Below are positions 57,207-64,000 of a stretch of 64,000 nucleotides of DNA, piece by piece. Origin of the DNA: Chloroflexota bacterium (GTDB lineage: Bacteria > Chloroflexota > Anaerolineae > Anaerolineales > Villigracilaceae). Position numbers and translations under genes: made by a program. Each line of letters begins with the position of its first letter. Within the stretch, counting starts at the first letter, position 1. The notes below the pieces were generated by a model that searched no databases, was not told the DNA's origin, and worked only from the letters and a program-made list of their open reading frames with translations. The stretch is from the NCBI GenBank assembly GCA_016219545.1, contig JACRMH010000041.1, positions 69,297 through 133,296 of the forward strand. The letters run 5' to 3'.

Positions 57207-58556
57207 ATGGCCTGGGAACGAAAGATCATCCGCACAGTACGAGTCCGCAACTCACAGAAAAAAGGCATATTAGCCAAACTATTGACAGCCATCGCCGAAG
57301 CAGGCGGAAGCACCGGCAGTATCGTGCTCGTCACAGAGACATCGCAAAATGTGGTGCGTGACATCACGATCAACGCCGACGATCAAGAGAGTCTGAATGC
57401 AATTGTCGAGGCAATTCATAACAATGAAGGCACACGCGTGCTTGAAGTACGCGACGAGGTATTGGAGCTTCACCAGAAAGGCAAGATTGCCATCCGCTCG
57501 CGTTACCCAATTGATTCACTGACCACTCTTCGGCGTGTGTACACCCCCGGCGTTGCGGAAGTCTGTCTTCGGATCGCCAAGGACCCGTCACAGGCGCGCT
57601 TGTATACCAGCATCAGCCACATGGTTGCAATCGTGACCGATGGGACAGCGGTGCTTGGACTTGGGGACATTGGCCCGGTGGCGGCCATGCCTGTCATGGA
57701 AGGCAAGGCTATGCTTATGGAAACCCTTGTCGGTTTATCGGGCATCCCCATTTTATTGAACACAAAAAATACAGATGAGATCATCGCCGCGATTGCGGCC
57801 ATTTCCCCAACCTTCTCGGCCATTCAGCTTGAGGATATATCCGCGCCGCGCTGTTTCGAGATCGAAGAAAGATTACAAGCCATGCTTGATATTCCCGTTT
57901 TACATGATGACCAGCATGGCACAGCGGTGGTCTGCACTGCGGCACTACTTAACGCGGCTCGTGAGACCGGCACAGATTTGAACCACGCTGTCATCGGGCA
58001 GATCGGGCTTGGAGCGGCCGGCCACGCCATCGGTCAGATGATGATGCGCCTGACCGGGAACGCAGTCTATGGCGCGGACTTGAGTCAAGATGCTTTAGAT
58101 AGGTTTGAAAAAGCCGGGGGCAGGAAATCCAACTTAAAAGAGATCATGGAAAAATGCGACATCGTGGTGGCGACTACGGGCGCGCCGAATCTGATCAAAC
58201 CGGAAATGGTCCGCAAGGGACAGATCATTCTGGCGCTGTCGAATCCGAACCCTGAAATTGACCCGGATGTTGCACTGGAACATGGTGCGGCTTTTGCAGC
58301 GGACGGGAAATCAGTGAACAATGTTTTGGGATTCCCCGGCATCTTCCGCGGCGCAGTGGATGCGAATGCGCCGCGCATCACACATGAGATGCTATTGGCG
58401 GCCGCGCACGTCATCGCTGAAATGACTCCGCATGGTGAATTGGTGCCAAGTCCGCTCGATAAAAAGGTACATCGTGCTGTGGCGCGTGCCGTGGCAGAGA
58501 CCGCCATCAAACAAGGCATCGCCCGCGCGGAATATGTGCCTTATGTGGAAGAGTAG
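57207..58556 (+). CDS. NAD(P)-dependent malic enzyme with N-terminal ACT domain
   Basis: YTPGVA, TDGTAVLGLG, LEDISAPRCF, HDDQHGT, NNVLGFPG. Confidence 0.93.
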   Translation: MAWERKIIRTVRVRNSQKKGILAKLLTAIAEAGGSTGSIVLVTETSQNVVRDITINADDQESLNAIVEAIHNNEGTRVLEVRDEVLELHQKGKIAIRSRYPIDSLTTLRRVYTPGVAEVCLRIAKDPSQARLYTSISHMVAIVTDGTAVLGLGDIGPVAAMPVMEGKAMLMETLVGLSGIPILLNTKNTDEIIAAIAAISPTFSAIQLEDISAPRCFEIEERLQAMLDIPVLHDDQHGTAVVCTAALLNAARETGTDLNHAVIGQIGLGAAGHAIGQMMMRLTGNAVYGADLSQDALDRFEKAGGRKSNLKEIMEKCDIVVATTGAPNLIKPEMVRKGQIILALSNPNPEIDPDVALEHGAAFAADGKSVNNVLGFPGIFRGAVDANAPRITHEMLLAAAHVIAEMTPHGELVPSPLDKKVHRAVARAVAETAIKQGIARAEYVPYVEE

Positions 58557-58587
58557 ACATAGACCGTTGACAGTGGACGGTAGGTAA

Positions 58588-58626
58588 TAAAAAAAGATGA
58601 CTTACTTTTGAGCAAGTCATCTTTTT
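58588..58626. terminator. Bidirectional intrinsic terminator
   Basis: AAAAAGATGACTT-loop-AAGTCATCTTTTT between convergent genes. Confidence 0.75.
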
Positions 58627-58660
58627 ACTTCTCACTTTTTACTTTTTACTTTTCACTTTC

Positions 58661-59896
58661 TCAATGCTTCCCGTTCTTCAAGGCTTCTTTCAACGTCACG
58701 CCCAGGCGGGAAATTCCTTCGCGAATCGTCTCCGGTCTGGAATAGGAAAAATTAATGCGCATGGTGTTGGCCCCGCCGCCATTCGCATGGAAGGCAGCTC
58801 CCGGTACGAAGGCCACCTTTCGTTCGATGGCTACTTTCAATACGTCAGCCGCATCCACGTTTTCCGGCATCATGCCCCACAGGAACATGCCGCCCTGCGG
58901 TTTTGTCCAGCTTACTTCAGACGGAAACACTTCCTCCATCATTTCAAGCATGGTATCGCGTCTTTCCTTGTATGTGGCGCGGATCACTTTAACATGTTCA
59001 TCAAGGAAGCCGTTTTTGGCAACTTCATAGGCCACGTGCTGGTTGAAGGATGACGTATGCAGGTCAGCGGCTTGTTTGGTCATCACCAGTTTGCGGATCA
59101 CCTGCGGCGGAGCAATGACCCATGCCAGGCGCAGTCCCGGTGCGAGCAGTTTTGAGAACGTGCTCAAGTAAATAACGTTGCCGGTATATTCATCATTGCA
59201 GTCTTCATTGCGGTAGCGGCTGTCGAGAGTCGCAACCGACGGGATGTGTTCGCCTTCATAACGAAGCTGTCCATAGGGATCATCCTCGATGATCGGCACG
59301 CCGTATTTATCTGCAAGCTCCACTAATTGCATGCGGCGCTCGAGGCTGAGCGTGCAGCCTGATGGGTTTTGAAAATTCGGCAGCACATATATGAACTTGG
59401 GGCCAAAACGCAGGGCTTCCTCCAATTGATCCACGATCATGCCGTGCTCGTCCACCGGCACCGAAATATATTGCGCGCCATAGGCATTCCAGGCCTGTAA
59501 CGCGCCCAAATACGTTGGCGATTCCACCACCACATAATCGCCGCGATTAATGAACAACCGTCCGATAAAATCCAAAGCCTGCTGTGACCCGGATGTGATC
59601 ATAATGTTATCGGCAGTCACATGCACGCTAAAACGTGAATTGTGACGCGCGATCATCTCGCGTAAAGGCAGGTATCCTTCAGTGGTGCTGTATTGCAGGG
59701 CCTGCGCTCCCTGTGTTTCCAAAACTATATTGCAAGCCGCTTGAAATTCCTTCAACGGGAAAACTTCCGGCGCAGGCAGACCTCCCGCAAAAGAAATAAT
59801 GTCGGGCTTTTCAGTGAATTTCAACAACTCACGGATCACTGAGCTTCCCATTTTTTGCGTGCGATGTGCGTAGCGATACTCCCACGGTGTCTTCAT
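58661..59896 (-). CDS. Class I/II PLP-dependent aminotransferase (LysN-like)
   Basis: ISFAGGLP, GSQQAL, NFQNPSG, EDDPY, TFSKLLAPGLR. Confidence 0.92.
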   Translation of the reverse strand: MKTPWEYRYAHRTQKMGSSVIRELLKFTEKPDIISFAGGLPAPEVFPLKEFQAACNIVLETQGAQALQYSTTEGYLPLREMIARHNSRFSVHVTADNIMITSGSQQALDFIGRLFINRGDYVVVESPTYLGALQAWNAYGAQYISVPVDEHGMIVDQLEEALRFGPKFIYVLPNFQNPSGCTLSLERRMQLVELADKYGVPIIEDDPYGQLRYEGEHIPSVATLDSRYRNEDCNDEYTGNVIYLSTFSKLLAPGLRLAWVIAPPQVIRKLVMTKQAADLHTSSFNQHVAYEVAKNGFLDEHVKVIRATYKERRDTMLEMMEEVFPSEVSWTKPQGGMFLWGMMPENVDAADVLKVAIERKVAFVPGAAFHANGGGANTMRINFSYSRPETIREGISRLGVTLKEALKNGKH

Positions 59897-59917
59897 TTAC
59901 ACTCCTTAATATTTGAT

Positions 59918-59956
59918 AAAAAAAGCCTGACAGGTATGTGTGTACCCATCAGGCTT
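59918..59956 (-). terminator. Intrinsic terminator in the aminotransferase leader
   Basis: AAGCCTGATGGGTA / TACCTGTCAGGCTT stem followed by a T run, about 20 nt before the ATG. Confidence 0.7.
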
Positions 59957-59965
59957 GCTGACAAC

Positions 59966-60013
59966 TTAAGGCATAAATATGCCTAAAAGGTCGTGTGCCA
60001 AAATCAATGTCAT
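59966..60013 (-). CDS. Putative leader peptide MTLILAHDLLGIFMP
   Basis: AAGGA ribosome-binding site; 15 codons with 4 Leu and 2 Ile; directly before the terminator. Confidence 0.5.
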   Translation of the reverse strand: MTLILAHDLLGIFMP

Positions 60014-60071
60014 CGTTTCCTTATCTTACTCACTTTTTAGCGGGACTGCAACCATTTTAATCACCCTGATT

Positions 60072-60491
60072 TTATGACAAATTTCCCTCGATGATCTTTT
60101 CAAGGGAAGTCCGTGTATAAGAATCAAGCGGAAGTTGAAGAGCCGCTTCCAGCGTGACCCAGATATGCTCCTCCGCTTCATCATTCAGCGTCACTGAGAG
60201 AGAGTCCGTTTTGCAGGCGTAATCAAAGAAGATGAAGTGACGTTTCTGCCAAAACGACGGGTCATAAACGAACTCCTGAAAGTTGATGAATTTCAAGTCG
60301 TAGACATCCAACCCGGTCTCTTCCTTCGCCTCGCGGATAGCCGCCTCTTCGATGCGCTCCCCCAACTCAATATGTCCGCCGGGGACAATATACTTGCCCG
60401 GAAATTTATGACTCTTCAGCAGAAGCAGCTCGCCTGCCGTGTTGAAAATAAAAACACCTGCCGTTGGTTCTGGGAAAATCTGGTCTGCCAT
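60072..60491 (-). CDS. NUDIX hydrolase
   Basis: PGGHIELGE...AAIREAKEETGL. Confidence 0.92.
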   Translation of the reverse strand: MADQIFPEPTAGVFIFNTAGELLLLKSHKFPGKYIVPGGHIELGERIEEAAIREAKEETGLDVYDLKFINFQEFVYDPSFWQKRHFIFFDYACKTDSLSVTLNDEAEEHIWVTLEAALQLPLDSYTRTSLEKIIEGNLS

Positions 60492-60510
60492 TTTTTTGTC
60501 CTTTTTTTCT

Positions 60511-60600
60511 ATGTCGTTGCGAGGAGGATGCTTTTCCCGACGAAGCAACCTCCAACTAACAAGGAGATTGCTCCGTCGCTATCGCTCCTCGCAACGACAT
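60511..60600. repeat. REP-like palindrome, uninterrupted copy
   Basis: ATGTCGTTGCGAGGAG...CTCCTCGCAACGACAT. Confidence 0.8.
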
Positions 60601-60605
60601 AACTA

Positions 60606-61460
60606 TTACCCGAATATCGCGATCACCATCACACCTGCAAACACGATTATGGAACCCACCACGCGGACGCCGCCCATTTCCTCTTTCAAGAATCGCCAGC
60701 CGAGGAAGGCCCCGATCACCGCGCTGACTTCACGGATCGCGCCGGAATAACTCAGCGGCGCAAAAGTATAAGCGAACAGCGCCAGCATGTAAGCCACCAA
60801 TCCCAACACACCACCGAGCAATAAATATCCGCGGTTCTGCTTCCACACATCCACGAACGAACTCCATCCATAACGGCGCGCAAGATAAGGTGTGGTCACA
60901 AACGGGACCATCACGAACATGGATAATCCGTACGGCATGGCCGGTCCATGCTTGACGGCTGTACCGTCAATGAATGTATAAATGGAAATGACCAAAGCCA
61001 CTGAAAGCGCAGTGAGGATTCCGCGTAGGTGCGGCTTTTCGCCTTTGTTCTGTAACAGCGTGGTCGCGCCGATCAAGATGATCCCGCCGGTGATCATGGC
61101 AAGTCCGACATATCCGCCAAAGGTTAATTCTTCACGTAAAAATATCGCCGACCATAACACCAGCAAAGCTGGAGCTGATCCGCGTGCGATGGGATAGACG
61201 AGCGAGAAGTCATGGTCACTGTAGGCGATGCACAACAAAATAAAATAGATCGCTTCCAAGACCATGCTCAGGACCGCAAAGAACCACATAGAGCGCGGCG
61301 GCAACCCGGTGAAGAATATCAGCACAGTTGAAAATAATCCACTGAGGATCACCTGCCAACCCATCGCGATATATTTTTGTTCCGAACTCTTGAGTAAAAA
61401 ATTCCACAAGGCATGCATGGATGCGGAAAAGAAAAGAAGGATGAGGGCGGCAATTGGCAT
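60606..61460 (-). CDS. EamA/DMT family transporter
   Basis: HALWN, SLVYPIARG, AIREVS; about 10 TM. Confidence 0.9.
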   Translation of the reverse strand: MPIAALILLFFSASMHALWNFLLKSSEQKYIAMGWQVILSGLFSTVLIFFTGLPPRSMWFFAVLSMVLEAIYFILLCIAYSDHDFSLVYPIARGSAPALLVLWSAIFLREELTFGGYVGLAMITGGIILIGATTLLQNKGEKPHLRGILTALSVALVISIYTFIDGTAVKHGPAMPYGLSMFVMVPFVTTPYLARRYGWSSFVDVWKQNRGYLLLGGVLGLVAYMLALFAYTFAPLSYSGAIREVSAVIGAFLGWRFLKEEMGGVRVVGSIIVFAGVMVIAIFG

Positions 61461-61463
61461 AGG

Positions 61464-62327
61464 TTATCTCATAAACTCGATCAATTTTCGATTCACTTCT
61501 TTGGGCGCATCATGCTGAACCCAATGCGTGGCTCTATTAAAGAAGGTCAACTCACCCGAATCGCACAAGTCAATGGACGGCTGCGCCATTTCATGACTCA
61601 GCGCCATATCGCGTATCCCCCACAACATCATCACGGGGACATGCACCCGCCGTGCCGGTAATTTTCTACCAAAGGCAGAACGCAACCCGCGACGCATTGC
61701 CGCACGATACCAATTAACCATTCCGGTCAATGCGCCTTTTTGCGACCAGGCTTTTATGTATTCCATCACATCGCTTTCACTGAAGGTATTTTTACGCCCC
61801 GATTGAACCAACATGCGCGCCAGATATTCATAATTATTTTTTCCCAACATCCATTCCACAAAGAACGGGATCTGGAAAAAATATACATACCAGGATCTTT
61901 TGCGTTGGACGGTATTGTGCAAAATAAAATCCGTCATCACATCTGGATGCGGGACGTTCATGATCATCAACTTTTCCAAGCGCTCCGGGTGATTGATGGC
62001 AACCGTCCATGCTACAACAGCGCCCCAATCGTGGCCGACGAGTTTTACTTTTTGGATCCCAAAATGATCGAACAATCCGATAATGTCTTTGGCAAGAATA
62101 TCCACATCATAAGCAGATACACCCTTCGGCTTGTCGGACAGGTTGTATCCGCGCTGATCCGGGATAATGACTCTAAAGCCCGCTTCCGCTAAAGCCGGAA
62201 TCTGACTCCTCCAGCCATAATGGAATTCGGGAAACCCGTGCAATAAAACGACCGGCGTCCCGTTTTCAGGTCCGTCGGTCATTACGTGCAGGTTGATATG
62301 ATTTGTGGCGACAAATTGACTTTGCAT
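61464..62327 (-). CDS. Alpha/beta hydrolase (epoxide hydrolase-like)
   Basis: HGFPE, DQRGY, GHDWG, NWYRA, HWVQH. Confidence 0.92.
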   Translation of the reverse strand: MQSQFVATNHINLHVMTDGPENGTPVVLLHGFPEFHYGWRSQIPALAEAGFRVIIPDQRGYNLSDKPKGVSAYDVDILAKDIIGLFDHFGIQKVKLVGHDWGAVVAWTVAINHPERLEKLMIMNVPHPDVMTDFILHNTVQRKRSWYVYFFQIPFFVEWMLGKNNYEYLARMLVQSGRKNTFSESDVMEYIKAWSQKGALTGMVNWYRAAMRRGLRSAFGRKLPARRVHVPVMMLWGIRDMALSHEMAQPSIDLCDSGELTFFNRATHWVQHDAPKEVNRKLIEFMR

Positions 62328-62350
62328 CGCGCGAGTATAACGGAAAATGA

Positions 62351-63271
62351 TTACCTGCGGCCAAAGTCCCTGGGCGGCAGAGACATTAAATACATGTAAA
62401 CTGCACGCAGTTCATCGTCGGTCATGTGACGATAGGATTTCCACGGCATGTAACTGGAATTGATTCGCCTGCCATGTTTTTCCCCATTGCGAATAATCTC
62501 CATAAAGCCCGCTTCTCCCCATTGAGGTAAACGCCCCCCTTTGCCGGATGTCAGGTTTGGCGCGGCACTCCACTCTGCGGGAAAGCCCGGTATCTTCCCG
62601 CCTGAAAGCGTCAGCCCGTGACAAACTTTACATGACATGGAAAGGTACTCACCGTATTGGGCTGTGACTCCACGTACAGGCGCAATGGGAGGCGAATCGT
62701 TATGTGGAATGAGTTCAGCTGGGATGAAGGTAATATCTTTGACAATATTCATCACCACAAAGCCGGTGAAAGACAGACTACTTGGCGGCGTCTCATTATC
62801 CACAGGCGGGATACTGCGAATATAAGCCAGTACCTTTCCCAGGTCTGTGCCGCTCAGGAAATAAAATTCTGTGGACGGCATAAATAATAACGGAGTCCCG
62901 TCGGTGCGTATTCCATGTTTGATCGCGCGAACCAAATCTTCGTCCGTGCGCTGCGCACCAATCCCGCCCTGACCTGTGGTGAGATTTGGGGTGATGACTC
63001 GACCAATAGCGGGATTATCCAAATAGATCAACCCCTGTAATTTTTCACCATGACATGCTTCGCATCCACGATACTGGAAGATGCGTTTGCCTTCGAGCAG
63101 GGACTCTGCGTCGTTAGGGATGGTGACAATTTCTGCGGAGATCTCGTATGTTTTGCTTAACCGCGCCTGACCCATGCCATACAAAACCAATAGAACAAAA
63201 ACGGGCAGACCGATCACAACGCCCAACGCGATCCCGACCCTTTTTAGTATTGCTTTCATTTTCCTATTCAT
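62351..63271 (-). CDS. Membrane-anchored diheme cytochrome c
   Basis: CEACH and CKVCH, two PNLT motifs, N-terminal TM. Confidence 0.88.
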   Translation of the reverse strand: MNRKMKAILKRVGIALGVVIGLPVFVLLVLYGMGQARLSKTYEISAEIVTIPNDAESLLEGKRIFQYRGCEACHGEKLQGLIYLDNPAIGRVITPNLTTGQGGIGAQRTDEDLVRAIKHGIRTDGTPLLFMPSTEFYFLSGTDLGKVLAYIRSIPPVDNETPPSSLSFTGFVVMNIVKDITFIPAELIPHNDSPPIAPVRGVTAQYGEYLSMSCKVCHGLTLSGGKIPGFPAEWSAAPNLTSGKGGRLPQWGEAGFMEIIRNGEKHGRRINSSYMPWKSYRHMTDDELRAVYMYLMSLPPRDFGRR

Positions 63272-63693
63272 CCTGTGTACAGACGCAGCATATTATTTTC
63301 AAGAACCTCCACGCGCAGCCGCTTCAGTGGCTTTTGCGCAGGGCCTTCCAAAACAACTCCATCCCTATCAAACTGCGACCCATGACATGGACAGGCGAAT
63401 CCATTGTCATTATTTTCTATTGTGCAACCCAGGTGAGTACAGACCAGGCTGTATGCCAGGATCTCCCCCTGCCTGTTGTAGATCACTGCGGGAATGTCGC
63501 TCCTGACCGTGCGCGAACCAATTGGATAACTGGCGACATCTCCGAGGTCAAATTCGGTTGGAGTTTCAGTGGCGGGAAGATAGCTAAAGTAGCGTATCAG
63601 ACCGCTCAACCCGAGCAATCCGCTCAAACCGAACAAGACATTCGTGGATAACTTTATGAAGTCACGGCGTGATAAACGAGTCGTTTTATTCAT
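63268..63693 (-). CDS. Rieske [2Fe-2S] subunit
   Basis: SRRDF Tat motif, CTHLGC, CPCHGS, GPA. Confidence 0.94.
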   Translation of the reverse strand: MNKTTRLSRRDFIKLSTNVLFGLSGLLGLSGLIRYFSYLPATETPTEFDLGDVASYPIGSRTVRSDIPAVIYNRQGEILAYSLVCTHLGCTIENNDNGFACPCHGSQFDRDGVVLEGPAQKPLKRLRVEVLENNMLRLYTG

Positions 63694-63700
63694 TTCTTTT

Positions 63701-64000
63701 CTACTGAGAGATCGCTCCCAAAAATGTCAGAACAAGAATGACAAGGAAGAGGAGAACTGTAAGTATCTGCGCGATCCGGTTTCCACGCGGAAACCAGCGG
63801 CCCAACTCAGCGCAATTTGCGTTGGGTAAAAGATAGGGCATCACCCCCAACGCGATAACCACCAGCACAGGAGTCAAAATACCTAACAGGAAAGGGTCTC
63901 CAAATTTGAGCAATTGCTGAACCCATAAGAAGAACCATGGCGCGCGTGAATTTCCCGTCAGCGCAGTGGTATCTGAAATAGGCTGTTTGATCGGCGCGGG
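63701..64000 (-). CDS. Cytochrome b, C-terminal part (partial)
   Basis: Frame is open to the window edge; [13 protein letters not shown] resembles the PEWY region; adjacent to the Rieske gene. Confidence 0.7.
   Translation of the reverse strand, partial: PAPIKQPISDTTALTGNSRAPWFFLWVQQLLKFGDPFLLGILTPVLVVIALGVMPYLLPNANCAELGRWFPRGNRIAQILTVLLFLVILVLTFLGAISQ

Overview
A 64 kb chromosomal segment made mostly of housekeeping genes. Gene content, leaderless promoters and repeat families suggest an Anaerolineae (Chloroflexota) bacterium; this is inference. Contents in order: a partial ABC ATPase gene with a divergent NarL-type two-component system; an ECF sigma/ZAS anti-sigma cluster upstream of DUF1800/DUF1501; a de novo purine operon (purSSL, purQ, purC, class II purE, purF, a purD-purM fusion, purH split in two around purN, guaB, purB); VapBC and MntA/HepT toxin-antitoxin pairs; RNase HI; a glycosyltransferase trio; pyrB, tsaD, selA and a tungsten-type AOR; a lone IS200/RAYT-like HUH transposase; tRNA-Lys(CTT); a TIR-domain gene inserted between cysS and rlmB; moaA; malic enzyme; and part of a cytochrome b/Rieske/cytochrome c cluster. 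The most unusual signals are mainly non-coding: (1) seven 26-36 nt hairpin micro-elements ending in GCARGTG, inserted without target duplication inside larger REP-like palindromes; (2) repeat units lying in frame inside PurF, PurL, PurQ and glycosyltransferases; (3) a solitary integron cassette with an attC site at a secondary site; (4) a duplicated ECF promoter that defines a DUF1800/DUF1501 regulon; (5) a candidate Leu/Ile-rich leader-peptide attenuator. No CRISPR array or rRNA gene was seen. Family assignments come from recognising motifs by eye; no database search was run.
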